A stretch of DNA of 62,867 bases, the filler included, from Octopus bimaculoides (Eukaryota): NCBI RefSeq assembly GCF_001194135.2. It is 4 parts of 3 records of this genome, joined end to end, with 100 filler letters (N's around TTAATTAATTAA, not from the genome) between each part and the next. Parts side by side here need not be neighbours in the genome. Positions count along the whole stretch, not along the records: positions 48,579 to 57,961 come from NC_068986.1; positions 58,062 to 62,867 come from NC_068982.1; 2 more parts are not named here. One strand, given 5' to 3'. The position numbers were made by a program, and so were the translations under genes. Positions 51,251-62,867 of this stretch are shown here, in pieces; positions within the stretch are counted from its first letter, which is position 1, and the number at the start of each line of letters is the position of its first letter. The notes below the pieces were generated by a model. It was given only the letters and a program-made list of their open reading frames with translations, had not been told where the DNA came from and did not search any database.

Positions 51251-53460
51251 CCCCCACCACAATTATCACCAGCATCATTATCACCACAATCACTACCACC
51301 ACCACAACCAAACCCACCACCACCACAACCAAACCCACCACCACCACAACCTAACTCAACAGCACCACCATCATCAACACTGCTACAGCTATCATTATTA
51401 CTACCTCAAAAACAACAATAACAACAACACAACCACTACCAATACCACCACTACCACCCCCATCATCATCATCACTACCGCAGTCAGTACTTTTTCTACT
51501 ACTACAACTACTACTACTATACCACTACAACTACCACTACTATCAAAGTAAATAATTCTGCTGCAGCCATCACCACCGCCACCACCATGATCACCACTGC
51601 CACCACCACCACCAACAACAACAACAGCAACAACACTATCATTGTCACCATCACCACCACATCACTACTTCGACAATCACCACCACCACCAACACCACTA
51701 TAGTTATCACAACTACCGCCACAACCACTGCAATCATTATAACAGCCACTATCACCACTACCGCAATGATCATGGTCACCACCACCACCACCACCACTAC
51801 CAACATCACTACAACTATCACAATTACCACTTCTACTGCTACCTTGACAAGCACCTATCCCACCACTACCACTATAGCAGCCATGTTTACACCTCTACGA
51901 CTACCACCACTTATACTACAACCATCACCACAACTATTACCACAATCATCACTACCACATTACTTCACTATAACTGCCACACCCCCACCCTGTAAACTGC
52001 TACCACCACAACCACTACCACTACTGTAATTGCTACAACAAATGCCAGTACCACAACTACCAATAGTACAACCACTACTGCTACAACAACCTTGACCACC
52101 ATCACAGTCACCACTACTATAACCATTACAACAACTGCAGCCGCTAGATAAAATGACCACTACCACAACCACCACAACCATATTCACCACTATCACAATC
52201 ACCACTACCACAATCACTACCACAGCCACCATCTCCACAACCACTACTACTACTACTACTACTACTACACAACCACCACAGCAACTTCTACTACAAGTAC
52301 TACACAACCACTACTGCCACAACCACCACACTACCACATTGTTAACAACTACCACTTATTGTTGCCATAACAATAACCACCACAACTACCACCACCACCA
52401 CTCGCTTTACTAGATCAAGATTAACTTAAGTCTGCTAGATTAAGATTAACCTGGGTTTGCTAGATTAAGATTAACTTAGATTTGCTAGATTAAGATTAAC
52501 CTGGCTCTGTTAAATTAAGATTTACCTGGGTCTGCTAGATTAAGACTAACCTCGCTCTACCAGATTAAGATTAACCTAGGTCCTCTAGATTAAGATTAAC
52601 CAAGATCTGCTGGGTTAAGATTAACCTAGGTCCACTAGATTAAGATTAACTTAAGTCTGCTAGATTAAGATTAACCTAGGTTTGCTATATTAAGAATAAC
52701 CTGGATTTGCTAGATTGAGATTAACCAGGCTCTGCTAAATTAAGATTTACCTGGGTCTGCTAGGTTAAGACTAACCTGGTTCTACTAGATTAAGATTAAT
52801 ATAGGTCCTCTAGATTAAGATTAACCAAGGTCTGCTAGGTTAAGATTAACCTAGGTCCATTAGATTAACTTAAGTCTACTAGATTAAGATTAACCTGGAT
52901 CTGCTAGGTTAAGATTAACCCAAGTCTGCTAGATTAAGATTGACCTGCGCTGTTATCAATCACACCAATAACAACAACAATAACAACAACGCTACAGTTG
53001 CCTGCACTATTACCAATTCCAACATCACCCAAACCACAACCACCACTACCATCACCATCACAACAACAACACCACCACTACTGCATGTGCTAGTACCAAT
53101 ACCAGCACTACCACCACTACTCACAACAGCAAAACTGCTGTCTCTAGTATTACCGATTCCACCATTGTTACTACTACTCCCACCACTACCAACCAACACT
53201 ACTGCCTGTACTATTAGTAATACCAGCACCACCACCATCACCACCTCCAACAACACCACCACCACCTCCAACAACACCACCACCACCTCCAACAACAACA
53301 ACAACAACCCCATTACTACCACTAATAACAATAACAACAGCAAAAACAACAGCAGCAGCATAACTCAGTCTTTTATCCTCCCACTCAGCTCCCCCCACCA
53401 TCAATACCACCAACACCACCACCAACAACAACAACAACAGTATAACCTTTTCTTCCCTCC
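51251..53460. repeat. Compound trinucleotide (CAC/CAA/TAC/CAT) low-complexity region
   Basis: Strongly C/A-skewed triplet runs that give poly-T/H/P ORF artefacts; interrupted by the 25-bp minisatellite. Confidence 0.85.
52410..52950. repeat. 25-bp minisatellite (consensus CTAGATTAAGATTAACCTGGGTCTG), ~22 units, with 9-unit higher-order repeat
   Basis: Units parsed by hand from 52410 at 25-bp period; units 1-9 match units 10-18 variant for variant; unit 19 has a 6-nt deletion. Confidence 0.93.
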
Positions 53461-54372
53461 CCCCTCTCACCCACCACCGTCTCTGAACGAGAGACAAAAG
53501 CCTTTCAATGGCTTGTTTGTTCTGTTTGTTTATTTGTTTTCACATTTATTTATTATTGTTGTTTATATTTGTTGTTGTTTATTTCGCGCATTTTGTTTTT
53601 ACAGTGTTTATATTGATATTGTTATTTATAGTTATTTTATGTTTTGTTTTATTTTTTTATCATTTTATTTTTTTTATGTTTTTTTTTTTTTTCATTACTC
53701 GATGTATTCTAACCTTCATATTTCTGCAAAATCGCATATCTGCACACCCCCACCACACACTTACAGACACACACGCACACACACACAAGCACACACACAC
53801 ACATACACACATGCACACACATGCATGCACATGCACCCATACACACACACACACACTCACACACATACACAAACACACACATGCATACACCTGCAAATAT
53901 GAACTCATTCACATACACACATACACTTATTCACACACACCTGTAAATGCAAATACATGCAAACACATGTGCCCACATGCACCTGCACACACAGACATGC
54001 AAACAACTGCACATGTGAACACTTGCGTAAATCCGCACATCACACACACACATTTGCACTCACATACAATCACATTCACTCATAGATGCATGCACATGCG
54101 GACACAGATTCCTAAAATCAACAGCATGCAAATAAATAAAAGATCATATATCCAATTACATACTCATACATACGCATTATCATGTAGCCACACCTCAACA
54201 TGTGGCCAAAGAGCGCCATGTACCTATGCATAATCATACACTCAAGCATCCATGGAAACACCTCCACACATTTTCTTGCATATGCACATGTACAAATGCA
54301 CATGCACAAATGCACACACACACACACATACATATGAATGTATACATGTGGATATGTATGAATGTATTTGTA

Positions 54373-54453
<81 letters not shown>

Positions 54454-54609
54454 GCACATATGCTATTATTTAGTTTTATTTCAAGATTTCTAGTTCATAA
54501 GGTCGGTTTCTTGAGTTCTGTGATGTGTGTATTCTCCCACTGGATGGGACACCAGTCCATTACAGGATTACTAATTCTTTTCTTGCTGAGTGGGCTGGAA
54601 ATGGAGTAT

Positions 54610-55373
54610 TTTGCTCGGATCATACTAAAAGATTTCATTATTGTCATTGGTTCCAAAACTTTGTTGCCAAAAAAGGCATAGAAGTGCTGGATGGTTGTTT
54701 TTACACTGATGAGGCTTGGTTTCATTTATCAGGATACATAAATTCACAAAACACAAGGTTATGGAGCACTAGGAATCTACATGTGGTGCATGAGCAACCT
54801 CTGCATCCCGAAAAAGCTGGAGTATGGATAGCAGTTTCAAGAAAACATATTGTGGGACTGATATTTTTTGAAGACACCATCAACACCTAGAGATATTGCT
54901 CAAATATTGTCTATCCATTTGCAGGCCAACTCACTGAAAATGAAATTAATAATACATACTTTGCGCATCACCATGGCATGACTTCAAGAGTTTTTCGGTG
55001 AACGGATTATTTCGAAGGGACTTTGACCACCAAGATCACCTGATTTAACACCGCCAGACTTTTTTTTCTGGGGAGCAAGTAAAGGATCAGTGTACAAGAA
55101 TCGCCTGAAAACCATTAATGAGCTAAAAAAAAGGAGCAATCATAATCTTCACATGGTCCATACTGCGTCAGACTCTCCAAGATGTATTTCAAAACATGTG
55201 TAGAAGAGTCAACTTATGTATTGAAAATGAAAGACGACACTTTTAACACCTCTTATAAAGTTTTTTTTTAAGTCTTGTAAAGTTTAATATATTCTTTTGT
55301 AGTCTTATACCATCTTATAAATATTTATTGTGCAATAAAATACTTACTGTGGAGAGACTTTTTGAACACCCTG
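54610..55373 (+). mobile_element. Tc1/mariner-superfamily transposase relic (rosa/maT-like), 5'-truncated
   Basis: FYTDEAWFHLSGYINSQNTRLW...PLHPEKAGVW...GLIFF, (W)PPRSPDLTPPDFF; right end ttttgaacaccctg followed by TA. Confidence 0.85.
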
Positions 55374-56358
55374 TACTTTCTTTCTTCACTGCTTATCCAA
55401 AATACAAGGATGTAAAATAAATAGTCAAGGTATCATTTAACAGCTCCTTCAATGACTTGTGCAAATACTTGTTATATACTGGGGCTGATCCAAACTGCTA
55501 ATTACTCATTCTCCTTCACAAATTTTCGAAATCAATATTACAAAAGTTTAAGCTAACCCCTCCTCAATCACAAAAAAATCAAATAACATTGATAAAATAA
55601 AACAAAACACAAGTTTATAAAAGAAAATTAGCAAAATTACAAACAGAGACAAATTAAAATAAAACATTTGATATTCTTCAAAGGGAAAGAAAACAAAATT
55701 GCAAAAGGATTTTCTAAAATAATCAATGGAATTAAATGATCTGGTAGTTAGAGAAACACAGGTGCACTAAATTGAATGTACTCTTCACTAATATAGCACC
55801 TTAACTTGTTAGCCTACTACATCCTACATCATGTGCACTATAAACACTTGTGTGCTAATATATCAGAAAAAAGGAAAACAGCAATATATTAAAAAAACAA
55901 AAACCCCAACAAAACAAAAGGCTTAGGTTTTTAGAAAGGAAAGGAAGTTAAAAGAGGTGGGTAGGAAGAAGAAAAGGAGTATTAACATCATTGAATATCA
56001 TCCAAATTACGGATCACGATGACATACCTGTAAAATTAGTAACAAGTGATGCATCCATTTTGAACACATGCATAAACATTGAATATATTATCATCATTGT
56101 AATCATCATCATCATCGTCTTCATTGTCATAACCATCCTCATCATTTTACATCTGCCTTCCATGTTGGCATTGGTTGGTGAACTGCATCAAGTCCTAATA
56201 TCTCCTTTGGCACAGTTTCTATGGCTGGATGCACTTCCTAACTCCAACCACTTTAGAGAGTGTATGTATATATGCATACATACATATACATCATCAGTGT
56301 ATCATATATCCCCCCAAAAAGCACACTCTAAAGCATAGAGCAGTGATGTATTTATACA

Positions 56359-56527
56359 CAGTTAAGTATATATCTGGTCATACATAGAGTGACCAATGGT
56401 TTCGCACTCATAAAGCTTTTAGCTTTATTGAAAACTCATCAGACTTTAATGAGTGTTGTCCATAAAGCTAAGTGCTTTATGGATGCGAAACCATTGGTCA
56501 CTCTATGACCAGACATATACTTAACTG
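56359..56527. mobile_element. Palindromic element made of two inverted Penelope-type hammerhead units
   Basis: ~54-bp arms (56359-56416 vs 56474-56527) nearly perfectly complementary; hammerhead motifs on both strands. Confidence 0.8.
56384..56450 (-). ncRNA. Type I hammerhead ribozyme motif with intact catalytic core
   Basis: Minus strand: aagt-CTGATGA(56442-56436)-g...ataaagc-taaaa-gctttat...c-GAAA(56403-56400)-ccattg-GTC(56393-56391)-actctat. Stem I is weak (3 bp, mismatch, 2 bp). Confidence 0.72.
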
Positions 56528-56999
56528 CATGCTCCTGATGATTGCAAAGTAACCAATCAGCCAGAAATAACAGCAAAATCAATAAGGTACAATGACAAAA
56601 ATGAGGCCTAAAGTGTAACCTATCGCTCTGTAGCTGCTACAATGGCCTCTGCTACTTGTAGCTAACTGGTTGTGTATTCCTTCAACCCAAGCACACCCAA
56701 GAAATCAGTTGTTTCTTCTCCTCTTATCTCTCACACTGTGCATCTCTCCTCCCTGGCTCCTCACTAAGTACTTTGCTAATTCTTATTCAGTTCAACCTGC
56801 CAAAAACAGTAGCTAAATCTCTCATAAATTCATACCCAGCTATCTTACATTAAGACAAGATACATTAGATGATGTAATGCTACATACCCCTAAAAGAAAA
56901 GGTGGAATGGTCATGGCTAGAATGCCTTTGATCATAGACTTGACCTCAGAGATGGGGTGAGGGGTTAAAATACAACTATCAATGATGGAACCTCTACAT

Positions 57000-57350
57000 C
57001 AGTGGTTCTCAACTGGGGTCCATTTGGCCCCTTAAAGGTCCATATAAGATTTTAGGGGTCTACACGACAAAATAATAAATTTGGTATCTGCAATAGTATT
57101 TTAAGGGCCCCTGAAAAACTTTTATTTTAAATGTGTATGTTAGTATGTACTGCAAAAAATAGTGAGGTTTCTTTCTCTAACATTTTACTTAGTTCAACCT
57201 TCACAAGTTAATGTGTGAAAGACAAGACAGGAATTTTGAAAGAAGTTTCTATAAAACCAATTTTTCAACATCAAATGGCTATTGGGGTCCACCAGAATAA
57301 AATAATAATCAAAGGGGTCTATAGATAAAAAAAATGGTTGAGAACCCCTG
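57000..57350. mobile_element. hAT (Charlie-like) MITE
   Basis: TIRs CAGTGGTTCTCAAC / GTTGAGAACCCCTG; 8-bp TSD ctctacat (56992-56999) / ctatacat (57351-57358), 7/8 identical. Confidence 0.88.
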
Positions 57351-57961
57351 CTATACATGGCCACCCAGGTTGCTAGAACTGGCAGCCAAATCCTGTTTAA
57401 ATCAAATCAGCTTGCTATCTTAAGAAACAAAGGACACATTGAACAGTATACAAAACAACAGGATGGTCACAACTGGAATGCCTTTAACCACAGATCTGTT
57501 CAACTGGAGTGCTGATCAGATCTGGGGTTAAACAACAGCACTACCATACATGGAGAAGAGAAAAATTTCCAAGAAACTATAAAGTACACTTCTGCAATAT
57601 TCACAGCAGACATGAAAGACATAAGAGAAATACCGTTGTAGTGATGGAAGAGCAATAAACTGCAACCAGTACAACCTGTAAGGCATAGACAAGAGCGAAA
57701 CTAATTGATATTCTCTGCCTATGACATTGACCAAGACACAGTGAGACTTGTCCAAGCCATGCCAGCATGGGAAGAAAAGAGATGCAAAAAAATGGTGCGG
57801 CTGCTGCAAATGATGATGATGATGATGATGAAGATGATGATGGGGATGGAGGCTATGATAATGAAGTAAATACATGAACATATAAGGAAAGATATGCATA
57901 TGCACACATATACATACACATCCAAGTTGCATCTTCCTATACATATATATATATATATATA

Positions 57962-58061
57962 NNNNNNNNNNNNNNNNNNNNNNNNNNNNNNNNNNNNNNN
58001 NNNNNTTAATTAATTAANNNNNNNNNNNNNNNNNNNNNNNNNNNNNNNNNNNNNNNNNNNN
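57962..58061. other. Artificial 100-bp assembly spacer N44-TTAATTAATTAA-N44
   Basis: 12-mer at 58006-58017. Confidence 0.92.
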
Positions 58062-58149
58062 ATATATATTTATATATAGGCGTGATAAACCATACCCCCA
58101 TGATCCTGGAGCACAGGGGGCAAGGGGGAGAAGGAGAATTAAAGATCAA

Positions 58150-61100
58150 ACAGGAATGCAAAAAAAAAAAAAGGAATGGACAACGAGAAAGGAAGCGGTA
58201 AAGGAATGGTAGATGAGGAATTCAGCTGCTGCAGAAAGGTATTTGCTAGTTACATCGGGCTGAGAATTCACTAAGGGAATGTGTGTCAGAGGAAAGTAAT
58301 TCAACAGTGTGGGTTGAAAAACCATAAGATGTTTGGCCAGAACCTCCTGGAAAGAAACCATAGTGAGGGTCATTCCACAGTTGAATCGGAACAGCCAAGA
58401 AAAGTGATAGGCGTGAAGAAGCCAGATTAAGTGGCCGAAAGTAAATGATGCAACGAGCTATAAAAAATTCAACGATGAGGTAGCAAGAATGACCACCAAA
58501 TTCAAAGGGGACGACAAGCAAAAGCTCGAGAATTTGGCTAATATAATCTACCAGGAAGGAGAGAAAAGATTTGGACTTGAAACAACAGGGAATGTAGAAT
58601 CATCGGCAAAGGGCAGACCATTGAAGAGAGAAAGACGGATCGCAAAGATACGCGAAGAGAAGAAAAAAACTCAGAACCAGATGGAGGGATGCAAAGGAGG
58701 AGGAAAGGGAAGGGTTAAAGCAGCTACATGAAGAGATAAAAAAGAGGCATCGAGAACTACTGAGAAAAGAAAGAAGGAAGAACAGAAGAAAGGAGAGAGA
58801 AAAGAACTATCGTAGCTTTGTAAAGAACCCGTACCAATATGCAAAACATTTATTTACTGAAAGTAAAAGCAGAAGATTGGATTGCACGAAAGAGGAGCTC
58901 AAATGCCATCTTAATGGGACATACAGTGACTCTGACAGAAATAAAGTACTCCCAGAAATGCACAGGCTGAAGAAACCACCTGAACCAAGGGTACCATTCG
59001 ATTCGAGTGACATCAGATGAAAAGAAATAGATGAGTTCATAAGAAAAGCAAGAGCAAAAAGTTCACCAGGGAACAATGGAGTGAGCTACAAGGTGTATAA
59101 GTATTGCCCGAAATTATGTTTGCAGCTGTTTGCACTGTTAAGAGAAATGTGGAAGAAGAACGACACAGCGGAGCGATGGTGTATAGCTGAAGGCATCTAT
59201 TTACCTAAAGAGAAAGATGCAAAAATACTAGGGCAATTCAGACCCATTCCATTATAAAATACTGATGGGAAAATTATGTTTGGAATTATTGCTAGATGAA
59301 TCATAAGATTCGTACAGCATCATGGATATGTTAATGAAGCAATCCAAAAAGCAGGGATCCCTGGAATCCCTGGCTGCATAGAACATGCATTTGCCATCTG
59401 GGGAGCTATCACCTGTGCAAAACAATTGAAAAAAACCTGTACTTTGTATGGTTAGATCTTGCCATGTGCACTAATTCAAGCAGCTATGGACTTCTTTTGG
59501 ATTCCAGAAGATGTTCAACGAATGCTCATGTGTTACTACGACAACTTGAGGATGAGATTTACAGCAGTAAAGTTCACAATGGAGTGGCAACGGCTTGAAG
59601 TAGGTATTGCAGTTGGATGCACGATATCAGTGATCCTATTTTTGCTAGTCATGGAGATGTTATTAAGATCAACAAACTGAGAAATCTGTTACAAAGACAC
59701 CATTAAGGGCTTTCATGGACAATGTTACTGTATTATCAGAAAGTAGAGAAGCAGCAGAGCGGTTGGACAAACTAATAGGATGGGCGAAAATGAAGCATGG
59801 CTTTCATGAAAGGAGTCCAAAAAGGAGTGAAATTCAGAATAGGAGGTGAAGATATACCAACGGTGAAAGAACAACCAGTGAAGAGTCTCGGCAGATGGTA
59901 CAGAGATTTACTAAATGATAAGAAGCAAAGTAAAGAAACACACGGTTTAATGGAACAAGGACTAAAGGCAATTAACAGAACAACATTACTGGGAAAATTC
60001 AAATGTTGGATACCGCAATTTGGACTGTATTCAAGGATAATGTCGCCACTGCAAATGTACAAGATAGCCTTGAGTAGAGTAGAAAGGATGGAACAAAGAT
60101 GCAGTGTCTTTATCAGAAAATGGCTTGGTCTGCCAAAACCACTGAATACAACTGCACTATATGGAAAACCTGTGCTGCAACTACCAATAACATCAATCGC
60201 CAAAGAATATAAGGCAGGAAAGGCAAGGACAGTAATGATGCTAAGGTATTCGAAAGATTAGAGCATCCGAGAAAACACTCCAAAGGTACAAACAGGGAGG
60301 AAATGGAAAGCGGAAGAGGCAGTAAACAGGGCGATCAGAAAGCTAAGGCACACTGAGATAGTCGGAGCAATGCAAGAAGAAAGAGCCAGTCTAAGGTTGC
60401 ACAATTTCAAGCCATTTTGCAACAGCAGTGTAAAAGAGTTGAAAGAGGCAGTGGTACACAAAATGAGAAAGGAGGAAGAAGAAAGGCGAAATGTACATTT
60501 GGTGCAATGTAGTCAACAGGGACAGTGCCTGAGTCAGTCGCAGATTCTCGTGGAAGGAACTTTGGGCTTGGGAACAAGCAAGGACATCCTTCCTGATCAA
60601 GTCTACTGTCGATGTTTTATCCTCACCAGTGAATTTAGTCTGGTGGAACATAGAAACAACTCATGAATGTAGATGCGGAGAGAAAGCGATGGTGCGACAT
60701 GTTCTGTCAAATTGTAGGCTAGCACTAGACAGATATACATGGCGTCACAATCAAGTCCTCGGCGTCATAAGCGCAGCACTCAAGAAGATTGAAGGAAATA
60801 ATAGGGGAGAGTACCCTAAAATGGGAAAGTGCAGAAAAATATACTTCCAGAAGGAAGGAAAAGGACATAAAGCCAAGCCTTCAAATAAAATATACGAGAC
60901 AGACGAAAGATAGAAGGGATACTGGGAGCTAGCCAGGGATTTGGAAAGACTGTTAATATTTCCACTCATAAAAATGACAAAAAGACCAGACTTAACGGCG
61001 AATTGGAATTTTGCTACGGCTGACAGTGCCATGGGAAGAGAACATTGTTAATGCAGAGCAACAGGAGGAGAAGAGGTACGAAAAATTAATCAAAGAGTGC

Positions 61101-61400
61101 AGAGAACAGGGGTGGACTGTCAAGTATTACTACCTGGCAGTGGGGGCTAGAGGCTTCATTGAAAGGAAAATGACAACGTTATTCAAAAGAAGGTTTGCAT
61201 TTTCAAGCTCAGAGCTGAGAAAAGTAATAAGAAGGATACAGGAGGCAGTCGAAAAAGCCAGCTGAAGCAAGAAGACCGAAAATGGACTGAAAGCCATAAC
61301 ATGCCAGCTGGGAAATAGCATCACTATGTGAGACTGGCTGACACTTAAGCAGCATCACTGATTGACAAGTAGCGGTCTCGTTTATGGCACCCCCTCCTCC
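58150..61400 (+). mobile_element. Near full-length but decayed HERO/R2-superfamily (REL) non-LTR retrotransposon
   Basis: RT (SSPGNNG, GQFRPI, QKAGIPGIPGCIEH, GIAVGCTISVILF, KAFMDN), CCHC (CRCGE...RHVLSNC...RYTWRHNQVL), REL (RPDL...LTVPWEE...KRYEKL...GW...VGARGF); many stops and frameshifts. Confidence 0.85.
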
Positions 61401-61859
61401 TGGTTCAAAGGCTTGTACCACTAAATAGCTGGTCGGCTCTGGCTGCTAGAAATGAAACTAACACGACACTATTGGAAGGCAGGTTTAGAGAGGGCGTGGG
61501 CTAAGTTTACGCGCCCTTCCCCAACATTGGTCAGTTGAAGTTTAGACATTATCACGTGACAACTAGCTGGTGCTGGCTGTTGGAACCTACAAACGAGTAT
61601 TTAAGGGGTAATTTGGCAGGATGGTCAGTCACCCGCTGACACTCGTTGATGCTGCATTGAAGAGGCGAGGGAACAGAAGGAAGAAGAAATGCACTCAAAA
61701 CCAGAGCTGAAGACACCTCCAAAAGAGGGGGGGGGGCACAGCATGTCAAAAATGGTAGAGGAGTAGGGGCCGAAACCAGACATGGTTCCTCCTCATGATG
61801 GATCCTATAAAGGAGCTGTTGATGTAGCAAACCACGAAACGCAGTTGGAATCCTTCCCT

Positions 61860-62060
61860 GTGTGTGTGTGTTTGTACCTCCACCATTGCTTGACAACCGA
61901 AGTGAGTGTGTTTATGTCCCTGTAACATAGTGGTTTGGCAAAAGAGACTGATAGAATAAGTACTAGGCTTAAAAAGAATAAATCCTGGGGGGAACGATTT
62001 CATGGTGGTGCTCCAGCATGGCTGCAGTCAAATGACTGAAACAAGTAAAAGAATAAAAGT
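61860..62060 (+). mobile_element. SINE family A, 3' half
   Basis: Aligns to the reverse complement of 10081-10285. Confidence 0.8.
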
Positions 62061-62399
62061 ATATGTATGTATGTATGTATGTATGCATGTATGCATGCAT
62101 GCATACCTGTATATTTGCAGTCATCCCTTTTTTTTTGCGGGTATCAAATGATGTCTGCAAAGTAATTTTGATAATGTTTTGCATGAATATCTGTACTGAT
62201 GTGAGTGTGTATATCTGTACATGGGTGTGCATGAGCACACCCACACGTGTACACACATCCACACATGCATATTCATATGTACAATGCATGCACATGTGCA
62301 CCCACATGAGTATACATGTGCATAACAAGCATTGGGGGTTGGTAAGCATTGAGAATTGGTGGTCCAATTAGCAATCCTCAGTGCTTATCAATTACTAAT

Positions 62400-62867
62400 C
62401 CTCAATGCTTACCAACTCCCAATGCCGGTGCTGCCTGACTGGTACCCGTGCAGATTGAAATTAAATCACCATTCAAATGTGGCCAATGCCAGTGTGACCT
62501 GACTGGCATGTAAAAAGCATCATTCAAGCATGGTTGATGCCCAGTGCCACATGACTGGTACTTGTGCCAGTGGAATGTAAAAGCACAATTCAAGCGTGGC
62601 TGGTGCCAGTGTTGGTGGCACATAAAAGCACCCACTACACTCTCAGAGTGGTTGATGTTAGGTAGGGCATCCAGCTGTAAAACTTTGCCAAATCAGATTG
62701 GAGCTTGGTGCAGCCTCCTGGCTTGCCAGTTCTCAGTCAAACTGTCCAACCCTTGCCAGCATGGAAAGTGGATGTTAAACTACGATGATGATGATGATCA
62801 TCATCATCGTTTAACGTCCGCTTTCCATGCTAGCATGGGTTGGACGATTTGACTGAGGACTGGTGAA
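62400..62867. mobile_element. Two family B copies tail-to-tail (plus 62400-62802, minus 62803-62867)
   Basis: ...gttaaactac(gat)n-(cat)n-cgtttaacgtccgctttccatgctagcatggg; ~60-nt sub-repeats in the plus copy. Confidence 0.82.

Noticed and set aside
52410-52950. CRISPR-like array of regularly spaced repeats
   Set aside because: Units abut with no unique spacers, the variable part is only point variation, there are no cas genes and the context is eukaryotic. It is a minisatellite.
49135-54681. Long His/Thr/Ile/Tyr-rich ORFs (e.g. 50103-51023, 52940-53902, 53508-54233) suggesting mucin or His-rich proteins
   Set aside because: They are translations of (CA)n, (TA)n and triplet microsatellites, open in several frames, with no splice or domain evidence.

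Overview
Eukaryotic, AT-rich, repeat-dense genomic DNA. The repeat families and microsatellite style suggest a coleoid cephalopod, probably Octopus (inference). The one confidently identified host gene is OLA1/YchF (Obg-like ATPase 1) on the minus strand. Eight coding exons run from 33815 to 21853, all GT-AG and phase-consistent, giving 286 codons. The exons for the C-terminal TGS domain were not found. The rest is intronic or intergenic DNA with decayed RTE, R4/Dong-like, HERO-like, CR1/L2 and Penelope retroelements, several SINE families, two Tc1/mariner relics, hAT/HINE/fold-back MITEs, microsatellites and N gaps. Three gaps are artificial 100-bp spacers (N44-TTAATTAATTAA-N44). Best leads: (1) a tRNA-headed (Pol III box A/B) SINE ending in a Penelope-type hammerhead ribozyme motif at 41990-42230; (2) a 169-bp palindrome made of two overlapping, oppositely oriented hammerheads, one with an intact core, at 56359-56527; (3) a 25-bp minisatellite with a 9-unit (225-bp) higher-order repeat at 52410-52950; (4) a multi-helix putative RNA inserted in a SINE microsatellite at 10331-10614; (5) sharp CpG-rich/CpG-poor domain boundaries, one at a scaffold spacer. 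All analysis was by eye; element boundaries are approximate unless base-level positions are given.
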